Source: Phenylobacterium aquaticum
GTDB taxonomy: Bacteria > Pseudomonadota > Alphaproteobacteria > Caulobacterales > Caulobacteraceae
Length of the DNA stretch: 64,000 nucleotides
Direction of reading: 5' to 3'
NCBI GenBank assembly: GCA_947378305.1
Contig: CANCJJ010000013.1
Location: 10,097-74,096 of the forward strand
Both the position numbers and the translations under genes were made by a program. Positions within the stretch are counted from its first letter, which is position 1; the number at the start of each line of letters is the position of its first letter. This document shows positions 29,772 to 39,894 of the stretch, one piece after another. Below the pieces are notes generated by a model. It ran no database searches and was not told where the DNA came from. It worked only from the letters and a program-made list of their open reading frames with translations.

Positions 29772-32164
29772 TAAATCTGCAAAATCCGGTGATGTTCAGA
29801 CCTATGGACAAATACAAGGCCCGCAGGGCGACCTTTGGTTCAATTCTGGCCCTGATGGTAGGGGGCGGGGTTCTTCTGGGGCCCGGGACTGGATTTGCTC
29901 AGGTGGCCGCGCAGGAAGAACTTGTCCAGCGGGTTATCGTGACCGGGAATGAGCGGATCGAGCAGTCCACAATCCTGTCCTACCTGCCCGTTCAGACCGG
30001 AGAGGTCCTGACGCCTGCCAAGATCGATCTGGCGCTAAAGGCGCTCTTTCGGACAGACCTGTTTTCCGACGTGAAGATCAGCTTGGTCGGAGGCGATCTT
30101 ACCATTGCCGTGGTCGAAAACCCGATCATCAACAAGGTTATTTTCGAGGGCAATTCCGGGTTGAAGGAGGACAAGCTCCGAGACGAGGTTACGGTCCGCC
30201 CGCGAGGCATTTTTACTAAGGCGAAGGTCCAGTCTGATATTCAGCGGATCATCGAGCTTTATCGCCGTTCCGGACGAATTTCCGCCCAGGTCACCCCCAA
30301 GATCGTCGAGCTCCCCCAGAAGCGGGTGGATCTGATTTTCGAAATTCAGGAAGGTGCCAAGAGCGGCGTCATCGGGGTCAATTTCCTCGGTAACAAGGCC
30401 TTCTCGGACGACGACCTCCGCTCTGTCGTGGTGACCGAGCAGTCGATCTGGTACAAATTCTTCTCGACCAATGCGAACTACGACCCGGACCGGCTAGAAT
30501 ACGACAAGGAACAGCTGCGCAAGCACTATCGTAATCGCGGGTATTACGATTTCCGTGTCATCTCTGCCATCGCTGAGCTGGCCCCGCACAAGAATGGCTT
30601 TGAGGTCTCCTATACGGTGGAAGAGGGGCCGCAGTACAAGTTTGGGAAGCTCAGCGTCGAGACCCAGCTCAAGAAGCTCGACAAGGACCTGCTTAAACAG
30701 CTTATTCCGATCACGCCCGGAGACCTTTACGAGGATCAGAAGATCGAGCAGGCGACGGATGCTCTGACCTTTGCGGCGGGTGCCGCAGGGTTTGCCTCGG
30801 TTGATATTCGTCCCCGCTATGTCGCCGATCCCAAGACCAAGCGCGTCGATGTCGTTTTCCAGGTCAATGAGGGCCCACGGGTCTATGTGAATCGGATCGA
30901 TGTGGTTGGGAATACCCAGACCTTGGACTATGTCATTCGTCGCGAGATGAATCTGGTCGAGGGGGATGCCTATAACCGCGCCCTGGTTGATCGATCTAAG
31001 TTGAACATCCGGGCCCTGGGCTTTTTCAAGGATGTTACCATCACCGAGGTTCCCACCGCCAATCCCGACAGAACCGACCTTCAGGTCCGGGTCGAGGAGC
31101 AGCCAACGGGTGAACTTTCCTTTAGTGCCGGCTACTCGTCCGTAGACCAGCTGGTTCTGGATCTCGGGATAACCGAAAGGAATTTCCGGGGACGGGGACA
31201 AGACCTCCGAGCCCGGGTGTCTGTTGGATCGCTTCGGCAACAGGTTGATCTCGGTTTCACAGAGCCCAGGTTCCTGGGTCGTAATCTGCGGGCAGGCGTT
31301 GATGTCTACTCATTTCTGTACGACCTATCTCGCTATTCCTCCTATAAGACCGCCTCCACCGGGACCAATCTACGGATTGGATTTCCGCTGACCCTGAATT
31401 CAGCCATGTCGGCCCGCTATGTCCTGCGGAGCGACAATGTGGAGGTTCCGGCCAGTTACTGCACGGCTGGAAACTACCAGGTCTCACGCTCTCTCTGCGA
31501 TCAGCAAGGGACATATTTGACCTCAATGGTTGGCTATGGTTTTTCCATCGATCGCCGAAATGATCCGCTTAATCCAACCCGGGGCTACTATGGAAACTTT
31601 ACCCAGGATGTGGCCGGTCTGGGGGGAGATGTCCATTACGTGAAGTCTGAACTCGATGTCGGTTGGTACCACGGCTTCAACAAGGACTTCATTTTCAGTG
31701 TGAATGGCAATGCCGGCTATGCATATGCCCTCAACAATGAGTCCATTCGGGTCAACGACCGGTTCTACAAGGGCGGAAATTCGTTCCGAGGCTTTAAAAC
31801 GGCGGGGATTGGACCTCGTGATACGACCGATGGGCGGACGGATGCCTTGGGGGGGAATGCCTATGCCATCGGGTCCATGGAACTGACGGTACCCACCTTC
31901 CTGCCCCAGAAATACGGCATCAAGGCATCCTTGTTTACCGATGTTGGCACCTTGGGGTTGCTCGACAAGTCTGCGAAAACCGACTCTAGCGGGGTGCTCT
32001 ATCCAGGAATTCACGATGATCTCTCGCTTCGCGCGACAGCGGGCCTGTCTGTCCACTGGAAATCGCCCATGGGGCCGATCCGTTTTGACTTCAGCCAGAT
32101 TCTAAAGAAAGAAGCCTATGACCAGACTGAAACCTTCCGTTTTTCCACATCAACAAAGTTCTAA
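29768..32164 (+). CDS. bamA: outer membrane protein assembly factor BamA
   Basis: About 790 aa. Signal peptide (...GGGVLLGPGTGFAQ), POTRA repeats (RVIVTGNERIE..., VIFEGN...), C-terminal beta-barrel ending in an aromatic residue (FRFSTSTKF). Start uncertain (GTG 29768, ATG 29792 or 29804). Confidence 0.92.
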   Translation: MINLQNPVMFRPMDKYKARRATFGSILALMVGGGVLLGPGTGFAQVAAQEELVQRVIVTGNERIEQSTILSYLPVQTGEVLTPAKIDLALKALFRTDLFSDVKISLVGGDLTIAVVENPIINKVIFEGNSGLKEDKLRDEVTVRPRGIFTKAKVQSDIQRIIELYRRSGRISAQVTPKIVELPQKRVDLIFEIQEGAKSGVIGVNFLGNKAFSDDDLRSVVVTEQSIWYKFFSTNANYDPDRLEYDKEQLRKHYRNRGYYDFRVISAIAELAPHKNGFEVSYTVEEGPQYKFGKLSVETQLKKLDKDLLKQLIPITPGDLYEDQKIEQATDALTFAAGAAGFASVDIRPRYVADPKTKRVDVVFQVNEGPRVYVNRIDVVGNTQTLDYVIRREMNLVEGDAYNRALVDRSKLNIRALGFFKDVTITEVPTANPDRTDLQVRVEEQPTGELSFSAGYSSVDQLVLDLGITERNFRGRGQDLRARVSVGSLRQQVDLGFTEPRFLGRNLRAGVDVYSFLYDLSRYSSYKTASTGTNLRIGFPLTLNSAMSARYVLRSDNVEVPASYCTAGNYQVSRSLCDQQGTYLTSMVGYGFSIDRRNDPLNPTRGYYGNFTQDVAGLGGDVHYVKSELDVGWYHGFNKDFIFSVNGNAGYAYALNNESIRVNDRFYKGGNSFRGFKTAGIGPRDTTDGRTDALGGNAYAIGSMELTVPTFLPQKYGIKASLFTDVGTLGLLDKSAKTDSSGVLYPGIHDDLSLRATAGLSVHWKSPMGPIRFDFSQILKKEAYDQTETFRFSTSTKF

Positions 32165-32168
32165 AATC

Positions 32169-32801
32169 ATGAAAATTTCGAATTCCCTCAGCGCCTTTGG
32201 CACGGCCGCCATGGCCATGGCCATTGCGTCAACCGCCTTCGCCCAAGCTGCACCGTCAGCGCCTCCGGCGCCGGTGATTGCCCACGGGCCAGCCCTGACC
32301 GGCGTTTGCATCTTCTCGCCGGACGTTGCCGTCGGTAATTCAACGGTTGGGAAATACGTTCAGACTCGCCTGCAGCAAATCGGGACCCAGGTTCAATCTG
32401 AGCTGACAGCTGAGCAGACGGCCATCCAGAATGAAGCAAAGACCCTGGACAGCCAGAAGGCCACCCTCGACCAGGGTACGTTTGATCAACGCAACGCCGC
32501 CTTGCAGGTGCGGGCCAACGCGCTGCAGCGCAAGGCTCAGCTCCGTGAACGTGAAATGCAGGCGACCCAGCAGAAGGCTTTTGGGCGTATTGGTCAGGAG
32601 CTGGATCCTGTGCTTCGTGCCAGCTACCAGCAGGCAAAGTGCAGCCTCCTGCTTCAGCGGGATGCCGTGCTGATTTCCAACCCGGCCATGGACATAACGC
32701 CTGCGGCTATCGTCGGACTGAATGCGAAGATCACCCAATTTGTTTTTGATCGCGAACACCTCGACCAGGCGACCTCGCCGATCGCGTCGCCACAAAAGTA
32801 A
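32169..32801 (+). CDS. skp: OmpH/Skp-family periplasmic chaperone
   Basis: Signal peptide MKISNSLSAFGTAAMAMAIASTAFA-QA. Gln/Ala/Leu-rich coiled-coil body. Conserved bamA-skp-lpxD position. The ORF is open from 32118 but overlaps bamA. Confidence 0.75.
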   Translation: MKISNSLSAFGTAAMAMAIASTAFAQAAPSAPPAPVIAHGPALTGVCIFSPDVAVGNSTVGKYVQTRLQQIGTQVQSELTAEQTAIQNEAKTLDSQKATLDQGTFDQRNAALQVRANALQRKAQLREREMQATQQKAFGRIGQELDPVLRASYQQAKCSLLLQRDAVLISNPAMDITPAAIVGLNAKITQFVFDREHLDQATSPIASPQK

Positions 32802-32846
32802 GCCTCGAACCTTGGGGGTGATTGTCACGTCTCGGAGCCTGGCCCG

Positions 32847-33875
32847 GTGAGACCAGACCCCCGGTTCTTTGCCGCACGAGAACCTGTGAGTCTGGCTGAA
32901 CTTGTCAGCCTCACAGGGGCCTCGCCGCTTCCGCCCGGTCTCGGAACCATAGGTCTGGACCATGTCGGCATCTTGTCCCACGTGACGGAGGGCGGGGTCA
33001 CCTTCGTCAGTGACAAGCGCTACCTGACGGACTTGGCTTCGACCCGGGCAGCGGCCTGTTTCCTGCCGCGTTCACTCAGTGAGCATGTCCCTGCGGGATG
33101 TGTTGGCCTTCTGGTCAACAATCCTCAGGCCGCCTATGCCCTGACCGCTGAGCGGCTCTACCAGCCGGTACAACATGAGGGCTCTGCAGCCATCTCGGAG
33201 CACGCGAGCCTGGAGACCGATATTACCATAGGACCCGGCGTTGTGATCGGGCAGGGGGCGTTTATAGGCTCTGGAACGGTTCTAGGGGCAAACGCTGTGA
33301 TCGGGCCGGGCGTGGCCATTGGGCGGAGCTGCCAGATCGGCCCCGGAGCCGTGGTGGGCTTCGCCTTGGTCGGTGATCGGGTTCGGCTCGATGCAAATGT
33401 TGTCATAGGCAATGCCGGGTTTGGCGCGACCTTGGGGCCGGCCGGGATCATAGATATTCCCCAGTTGGGCCGTGTCATTATTCAGGATGGCGTGACGGTT
33501 GGCGCGAATTCGACGGTAGATCGCGGGGCCTACGACGATACTGTCATTGGCGAGAATACCAAGATCGACAATCTCGTTCACATTGCCCATGGCGTCAGGA
33601 TTGGGCGGAATAGCGTTTTGGCGGCTCAGGCCGGTATTGCCGGCAGTACAATTGTCGGAGATGGGGTTAGAATCGCTGGACATGCCGGAGTGGCGGACCA
33701 TCTGACCATCGGTAGCGGTGCCCAGATCGGCGGTGCTGCTGGCGTCACGCGCGACATACCGAAGGGCGAAGTGTGGAGCGGTTATCCGGCCCAGCCCTTG
33801 CGGCAATGGCTAAGAGAAAGTGCCTGGCTCAAACGCGCGGCAAGCTCACGACGACCTGGAGGGGTAAATGACTGA
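32847..33875 (+). CDS. lpxD: UDP-3-O-acylglucosamine N-acyltransferase
   Basis: GTG start. N-terminal LAELV...G domain followed by long left-handed beta-helix hexapeptide repeats ([13 protein letters not shown]...). Confidence 0.9.
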   Translation: MRPDPRFFAAREPVSLAELVSLTGASPLPPGLGTIGLDHVGILSHVTEGGVTFVSDKRYLTDLASTRAAACFLPRSLSEHVPAGCVGLLVNNPQAAYALTAERLYQPVQHEGSAAISEHASLETDITIGPGVVIGQGAFIGSGTVLGANAVIGPGVAIGRSCQIGPGAVVGFALVGDRVRLDANVVIGNAGFGATLGPAGIIDIPQLGRVIIQDGVTVGANSTVDRGAYDDTVIGENTKIDNLVHIAHGVRIGRNSVLAAQAGIAGSTIVGDGVRIAGHAGVADHLTIGSGAQIGGAAGVTRDIPKGEVWSGYPAQPLRQWLRESAWLKRAASSRRPGGVND

Positions 33876-34344
33876 TCAGGCTTCCGTATCCGGGGTTCAG
33901 ACCCGGATCGACATTGCTGAAATCATGATGCGCATTCCCCACAGGTTTCCGTTCCTGCTGGTGGATCGTGCGGAGGACTATGTGGCCGGGGAGTCCATCG
34001 TCGGGATTAAGGCCGTGACGATCAATGAGCATTTCTTCCAGGGGCATTTTGCCGACTATCCCGTCATGCCTGGGGTACTGATCATTGAGGCTCTGGCCCA
34101 GTCCGGAGCCGTGCTGATGTCCAAGACCCTGGATGTTGATCCGCGGGGCAAGACCATCCTGTTTGCATCCGTCGATAATTGCCGGTTCCGTCATCCCGTC
34201 CGACCGGGTGATCTGTTGAAACTAAATGTTCGAGTGATCAAGGCGCGGGGCGGCCTGTTTAAGTTTCATGGAAAGGCCATGGTGGAAGATAAGATGGCCG
34301 CTGAAGTCGAATTTGCCGCCATGCTGGTGGAGACTCCGCAATGA
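33868..34344 (+). CDS. fabZ: 3-hydroxyacyl-ACP dehydratase FabZ
   Basis: [11 protein letters not shown] and [24 protein letters not shown] hot-dog active-site motifs. Confidence 0.95.
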   Translation: MTDQASVSGVQTRIDIAEIMMRIPHRFPFLLVDRAEDYVAGESIVGIKAVTINEHFFQGHFADYPVMPGVLIIEALAQSGAVLMSKTLDVDPRGKTILFASVDNCRFRHPVRPGDLLKLNVRVIKARGGLFKFHGKAMVEDKMAAEVEFAAMLVETPQ

Positions 34345-35138
34345 CAACCGCGATTCACCCCACGGCGATCATTGCGCCAGGTGCCCGCATTGGCGAGGAT
34401 GTCACGATCGGGCCCTATTCTATTGTCGGCGCAGATGTTGAGATTGGTCCGCGGACAAAAATCTTGGCCCATGTGGTCCTTGAGGGCCACACCCGTATTG
34501 GCGCCGATTGTACAATCCGGAACTTTGCCAATCTCGGTGGTCCGCCCCACCATACCGGTTATCGGGGTGAACCCACCCAGCTCATCATTGGTGACCGGAA
34601 CATGATCTGGGAACATGTCACCATGCATATTGGGACGCCCCATGGACATGGTGTGACGACGATCGGGAACGACGGCATGTTCATGGCGACAAGTCATGTG
34701 GGTCACGATTGCCGGGTCGGCGACAATGTCATCCTGGCCCACTCCGCCACCCTGGGCGGGCATGTTGATGTCGGAAACTTCGTCATGGTCAGTGGCCTGG
34801 CTGCGGTTCACCAGTTCTGCCGGATCGGACGATATTCCTTCATCGGGGGCCTGGCGGCCGTGACCAAGGATGTCATTCCCTACGGGCTCGTCTGGGGGAA
34901 CCACGCCCATCTTGAAGGATTGAACCTCGTTGGCCTCAAGCGTCGGGATTTCAGCCGCGAAACCATCCGGGAATTGCGGTCGGCCTACCGGTTGCTGTTT
35001 GCCGAGGAAGGCAGCTTCCAGGAGCGCGTTGACGACACGGCCGCGACCTTTGGTGAAAGCGCCCCGGTCATGGAGATCATCGATTTCATAAGGGCCGACT
35101 CGGGTCGGCCGCTTTGCCTGCCGGAGCGCGAGGTCTAG
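34341..35138 (+). CDS. lpxA: acyl-ACP--UDP-GlcNAc O-acyltransferase
   Basis: [26 protein letters not shown] hexapeptide start. 265 aa. C-terminal helical domain. Confidence 0.93.
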   Translation: MTTAIHPTAIIAPGARIGEDVTIGPYSIVGADVEIGPRTKILAHVVLEGHTRIGADCTIRNFANLGGPPHHTGYRGEPTQLIIGDRNMIWEHVTMHIGTPHGHGVTTIGNDGMFMATSHVGHDCRVGDNVILAHSATLGGHVDVGNFVMVSGLAAVHQFCRIGRYSFIGGLAAVTKDVIPYGLVWGNHAHLEGLNLVGLKRRDFSRETIRELRSAYRLLFAEEGSFQERVDDTAATFGESAPVMEIIDFIRADSGRPLCLPEREV

Positions 35139-35143
35139 CCCCC

Positions 35144-35986
35144 ATGGTAAAGCTTGGGTTGATCGCAGGTGGGGGAACCTTACCCCTTGAGATCGCTCAG
35201 CATTGCGAGCAGTCCGGCCGGCCTTTTTTTGTTATCAGGTTGAAGGGATTCAGCGATCCTCAGCTCGAGGGCTTTCCCGGTGTGGAAATTGGGCTGGCTG
35301 AAGTCGGGAAAAGCATTCGCGCACTTAAGAGAGCTGGGTGCGGGGCTGTCTGTCTTGTGGGCAATGTCGCCCGCCCGGATTTCGCGGCTCTAAAGCCCGA
35401 CCTCAAAGGGCTTACCCTGCTACCGAAGCTACTGCTCGCGGCCGGCAAGGGTGACGACGCCCTTCTGCGTGCTGTGCTGGACGTGTTTCGAAGTGAGGGT
35501 TTTGCTGTCGAAGGGGCCCATGAAGCAAAGGTCGATTTAACCCTGGCGGCGGGTCCGATTGGAAAAATCAGTCCTGGACCTGAGCATCTGGCTGATATCT
35601 CCCGGGCTATGGACGTCGCGCGGGCAATTGGGAGCCAGGACATCGGTCAGGGGGCCGTAGTCTGTAACGGTCTGGTTCTTGCCGTCGAGGCTCAGGAGGG
35701 CACCGACGCCATGTTGCGGCGTGTCGCCGTCGAAATCCGTCCGGAATTGAAGGGCAAGCCGGGGGCAAGTCGTGGTGTCCTGGCCAAGGTCCCCAAGCCC
35801 ATCCAGGAACGCCAAATTGACCTGCCGACAATAGGGCTTGCAACCATCCAGCGGGCCGCTGCCGCAGGGCTTGCCGGGGTCGTGGGGGAGGTTGGCGGGC
35901 TTCTGGTTCTGGATCGGGAGGCCGTTATCGCCCTGGCCGATGATCTAGGCATGTTTGTCTTCGGGGTGGACCCGGCAGGCTCATGA
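35144..35986 (+). CDS. lpxI: UDP-2,3-diacylglucosamine pyrophosphatase LpxI (DUF1009)
   Basis: LGLIAGGGTLPLEIA N-terminus, later QDIGQGAVV and EAQEGTDAMLRR. It sits between lpxA and lpxB, as lpxI does in Alphaproteobacteria lacking lpxH. ATG 35144 was chosen over 35114. Confidence 0.8.
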   Translation: MVKLGLIAGGGTLPLEIAQHCEQSGRPFFVIRLKGFSDPQLEGFPGVEIGLAEVGKSIRALKRAGCGAVCLVGNVARPDFAALKPDLKGLTLLPKLLLAAGKGDDALLRAVLDVFRSEGFAVEGAHEAKVDLTLAAGPIGKISPGPEHLADISRAMDVARAIGSQDIGQGAVVCNGLVLAVEAQEGTDAMLRRVAVEIRPELKGKPGASRGVLAKVPKPIQERQIDLPTIGLATIQRAAAAGLAGVVGEVGGLLVLDREAVIALADDLGMFVFGVDPAGS

Positions 35987-37152
35987 CCCAACCCTACTGC
36001 GTCATGCTCGTAGCGGCTGAGGCCTCAGGTGATGATCGTGGCGCAAGTCTCGGCCGCGCCCTCAAGGCCAGACTGGGAGATCGCGTCAGATTTGTCGGGG
36101 TGGGGGGCGAGCGAATGGCCGAGGTCGGCATTCAGAGCCCCTTTAACATTCAGGACCTTTCGATATTTGGCCTTCTTGAAGGGCTTCTTGCCTATCCACG
36201 GGTCCTGAAACGGGTTCGGGACACTGCTGCCCTGGCCAGGACGGAACGGCCTGATCTTGCTGTCCTGATCGATTCATGGGGCTTTACTGCGCGGGTTGCA
36301 AAGGCCATCCGCGATGACGACCCCGGTGTAAAACTGGTGAAATATGTGGGCCCCCAGGTCTGGGCGACACGCCCGGGGCGAGCCAGGACAGCGGCGCGGC
36401 TATTCGACCACATGCTCACCATATTGAGCTTTGATGCCCCGCTTTTTGAGGTTCACGGACTGGCGACGACCTTTGTCGGCAATAGCGCGCTAAATACGGA
36501 TTTTTCGGATGCAGATCCCCAGCGGCTTCGAAGCCAGTTGGGGCTCGCACCGGATGTCCAAATCCTGCTTGTGCTTCCCGGAAGTCGGTCGAGCGAAATC
36601 AAGCATCTTTTGCCAGCCTTCGAACAGGCGGTTCATGCACTGAAAGCCACCCATCCGGACCTGGCTATTGTCATTCCAGTTGCGAGTACCGTCTCAGATC
36701 AGCTGAGGGCCGCTGTCGCGGGCTGGGCCCATCGGGTCTATCTGGTGGAGGGTGAGACAGCAAAGCGTGACGCCATGAGGGCCGCCACGGTTGCCATGGC
36801 GTGTTCGGGGACCGTAACCCTTGAGCTCGCCCAGGCCGGATGCCCTATGGTTGTGGCTTACCGTTTTGGAAACCTCACACACTTCATTTTGAAGCAGGTG
36901 ATCACGACCCGCTATGCCGTGCTGTTCAATATGGCTGTCGACCAGTTTGTTGCTCCCGAATTGATCCAGGAAGACTGTACAGGCGCTCGGCTGGCCCAGG
37001 AGGTTTCTCTGCGCCTTGATGATGCGACCTTACGATCGCTTCAGGTCGCGGCTCAGTTCGAGGCCTTAAATAAAATGGGACGCGGCGGCCCTGATCCCTC
37101 AGAGGCCGCCGCGAATGTAATCGTCAAAATGTTAGAAGAATTAAGAGTTTAG
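35983..37152 (+). CDS. lpxB: lipid-A-disaccharide synthase
   Basis: 389 aa. [11 protein letters not shown]-terminus, [10 protein letters not shown] motif, [11 protein letters not shown]. Confidence 0.9.
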   Translation: MTQPYCVMLVAAEASGDDRGASLGRALKARLGDRVRFVGVGGERMAEVGIQSPFNIQDLSIFGLLEGLLAYPRVLKRVRDTAALARTERPDLAVLIDSWGFTARVAKAIRDDDPGVKLVKYVGPQVWATRPGRARTAARLFDHMLTILSFDAPLFEVHGLATTFVGNSALNTDFSDADPQRLRSQLGLAPDVQILLVLPGSRSSEIKHLLPAFEQAVHALKATHPDLAIVIPVASTVSDQLRAAVAGWAHRVYLVEGETAKRDAMRAATVAMACSGTVTLELAQAGCPMVVAYRFGNLTHFILKQVITTRYAVLFNMAVDQFVAPELIQEDCTGARLAQEVSLRLDDATLRSLQVAAQFEALNKMGRGGPDPSEAAANVIVKMLEELRV

Positions 37153-38432
37153 GCTCTCGAGTTAATGTCCACATAATCCCTTGCCGGCGCACCGGTATAG
37201 ATCTGCCGCGGGCGGCCGATCTTCTGGGACGGGTCTTCAATCATTTCCTTCCATTGGGAGATCCAGCCGACCGTCCGCGCCAAAGCGAAGAGCACAGTGA
37301 ACATCTCTGACGGGAAGCCGAGGGCGCGCAATGTGATCCCGGAATAGAAGTCCACATTCGGATAGAGCTTGCGCTCCACGAAATAGGGATCACTGAGGGC
37401 GACCTTTTCGAGTTCCATCGCAACTTTCAGCAGGGGGTCATCCTGGTGGCCGACCTCGGCCAGGACTTCATGGCAGGTCTGCTGCATTACCGTCGCCCGG
37501 GGATCGTAGTTCTTGTAGACCCGGTGGCCAAAGCCCATCAGGCGATATTTGCGGTCCTTAACGCCCTGGACGTATTCGGGAATGCGCTCAACTGAGCCAA
37601 TTTCCGCCAACATGTTGAGGGCTTCTTCATTCGCCCCGCCATGGCTGGGACCCCAGAGGCAGGCAATGCCAGCGGCAATGCAGGCAAAGGGATTTGCCCC
37701 CGACGAGCCCGCGAGGCGCACGGTCGATGTCGAGGCGTTCTGTTCGTGGTCAGCATGGAGGATGAAGATCCGGTCCATCGCCCGGGTCAGAACCGGATTG
37801 GGCTTCCAGTCTTCCGCGGGCACGGAGAAGCACATGCGCAGGAAGTTTTCGGAATAAGACAGGTCATTGCGCGGATGAACAAAGGGCTGACCCTTGGAAT
37901 ATTTGAAGGCCCGCGCCGCGATGGTCGGCATTTTCGCAATGAGCCGATGGGATGAAATCATCCTCTGCTCGGGATCATCCACGTTTGTGCTGTCGTGATA
38001 GAAGGCTGAAAGCGCACCGACGGCCCCCACCATGATCGCCATCGGATGGGCATCACGGCGGAAACCCATGAAAAAGCGGTCAAACTGCTCATGCAGCATG
38101 GTGTGATAAGTGATGTTGTGCTCGAAGGTCTCAAAGGCTTTCGCATCGGGGAGGTCACCGTGCAGCAGGAGGTAGCACACCTCCAGGAAGGTCGACTTTT
38201 CGGCCAACTGGCTGATTGGATAGCCGCGGTGCAGCAAAATGCCCTTGTCGCCATCAATGAAGGTGATCTTGCTCTCGCAAGATGCCGTTGAGGTGAAGCC
38301 GGGGTCATAAGTGAAAACGTCGGCTTCCGCATAAAGCTTACGGATATCAACGACGGCGGGACCATCAGTCCCCTTCAACACCGGCATTTCAACGGTCTTT
38401 CCATCGACCGTAATTTTCGCGGTTTCTGCCAT
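37149..38432 (-). CDS. gltA: citrate synthase
   Basis: 427 aa. [13 protein letters not shown] and [14 protein letters not shown] active-site segments. Confidence 0.95.
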   Translation of the reverse strand: MAETAKITVDGKTVEMPVLKGTDGPAVVDIRKLYAEADVFTYDPGFTSTASCESKITFIDGDKGILLHRGYPISQLAEKSTFLEVCYLLLHGDLPDAKAFETFEHNITYHTMLHEQFDRFFMGFRRDAHPMAIMVGAVGALSAFYHDSTNVDDPEQRMISSHRLIAKMPTIAARAFKYSKGQPFVHPRNDLSYSENFLRMCFSVPAEDWKPNPVLTRAMDRIFILHADHEQNASTSTVRLAGSSGANPFACIAAGIACLWGPSHGGANEEALNMLAEIGSVERIPEYVQGVKDRKYRLMGFGHRVYKNYDPRATVMQQTCHEVLAEVGHQDDPLLKVAMELEKVALSDPYFVERKLYPNVDFYSGITLRALGFPSEMFTVLFALARTVGWISQWKEMIEDPSQKIGRPRQIYTGAPARDYVDINSRA

Positions 38433-38487
38433 GCCATCCCCTCGGAATTGGAAACTGTAACCCTATATTTTCAGGTCTTATAACGCC

Positions 38488-39894
38488 TTACGCGCCGGGC
38501 GAAAGAGCGTCTTCGATTCTGCCTAGGCTTTCTTTCTTGCCAAGGCAAATCAAAGCACTGGCAAGATCAGGTGCCGGTGCCCCTCCTGAGAGAATTCCGC
38601 GCAGCGCTGGCCCGAATTTTCCAAGTCCAATTCCCTGGTTTTCGGCGAAAGCCCTGAGGCTTGCCTCCAAGGTGCCTTGGGTCCAGTCCTCGACGTCGCC
38701 GAGCCAAACTGCGAGATGCTTAAACCGCTCACGAGTCTCGGGAATAAGCATGCCCAGGATCTTCTCCGGCAGCTCCAACGGACGACGCTTCAGGGCGAAA
38801 ACAACCGCATCGGCAAGCTCAAGGGTGGTCTTGGCACCATCTCGAACCAGGGGAATGGTGCGATGCAGGATGGCTTCATCTCCGTCGTGCACAGGCCAAT
38901 CCCGGCTCTTGAGGATGGATGTGATCAGCTTGACCAGGCGTCCGATCTCGGCCTGACGAATATAATGATTGTTTATGTGGTTCAGCTTGGCCCAGTCCAG
39001 CCGGGCGGGCGCGCCCACGACGTCGGCAACGTCAAACCATTTGCCGGCATCCTCATCACTGAAGATCTCATCATCCCCATGGCCCCAGCCGAGACGGGCG
39101 AGATAGTTCCGCATGGCCTCGGGAAGATAACCCATGTCATCGAATTCGCTGACGGCCTGCGCCCCGTGGCGTTTGGAGAGCTTTGCCCCGTCCGGGCCAT
39201 GGATAAGGGGGAGGTGGGCCCAGACCGGAACCTCCCAGCCGAGACCTTGATAGATGAGGGTCTGACGGGCGGCATTATTGAGGTGATCATCTCCGCGAAT
39301 GACGTGGGTCACGCCCATCTCATGATCATCCACGACAACGGCAAGGTTATAGGTTGGAGTGCCGTCAGTGCGCAGCAGAATGAGGTCGTCGAGATCGCGG
39401 TTCTGGAAACTGACCCGCCCCTTGACCTGATCCTGAATGATGGTTTCCCCCTCCGTGGGGCTCTTCAGGCGAACAACGAAGGTATTTTGACCATGGGGCT
39501 GTCCAAGGGTGTCGCGCCAGGGGGAGCGCACAACCCGTCCCTCTGCGCGGGCGGTTTCGCGCTCAGTCGTCAATTCGTCGTGGGTCATGTAGCAGCGATA
39601 GGCACTGCCTCGCGCCAACATGTCCTCCACGGCCGCACGGTGAAGGTCAGAACGAGCAGCCTGGAACACCGGTTCGGCGTCGGGCTGAAGGCCCAGCCAG
39701 CCGAGACCATCAAAAATGACCTGCACAGCTTCTGTCGTCGACCGCTCCCGATCTGTGTCCTCGACCCGCAAAAGAAACTTTCCACCCATGCGGCGTGCAT
39801 AAAGCCAGTTGAAAAGTGCTGTTCGAGCCGTGCCAATATGCATGGAGCCGGTAGGCGACGGGGCGATACGGGTAACGACAGGACGCTCGGACAT
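38488..39894 (-). CDS. gltX: glutamate--tRNA ligase
   Basis: VVTRIAPSPTGSMHIGTARTALFNW (HIGH motif) and KLSKRHG (KMSKS). ATG 39894 gives the conserved N-terminus. The ORF also stays open to GTG 39954. Confidence 0.9.
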   Translation of the reverse strand: MSERPVVTRIAPSPTGSMHIGTARTALFNWLYARRMGGKFLLRVEDTDRERSTTEAVQVIFDGLGWLGLQPDAEPVFQAARSDLHRAAVEDMLARGSAYRCYMTHDELTTERETARAEGRVVRSPWRDTLGQPHGQNTFVVRLKSPTEGETIIQDQVKGRVSFQNRDLDDLILLRTDGTPTYNLAVVVDDHEMGVTHVIRGDDHLNNAARQTLIYQGLGWEVPVWAHLPLIHGPDGAKLSKRHGAQAVSEFDDMGYLPEAMRNYLARLGWGHGDDEIFSDEDAGKWFDVADVVGAPARLDWAKLNHINNHYIRQAEIGRLVKLITSILKSRDWPVHDGDEAILHRTIPLVRDGAKTTLELADAVVFALKRRPLELPEKILGMLIPETRERFKHLAVWLGDVEDWTQGTLEASLRAFAENQGIGLGKFGPALRGILSGGAPAPDLASALICLGKKESLGRIEDALSPGA

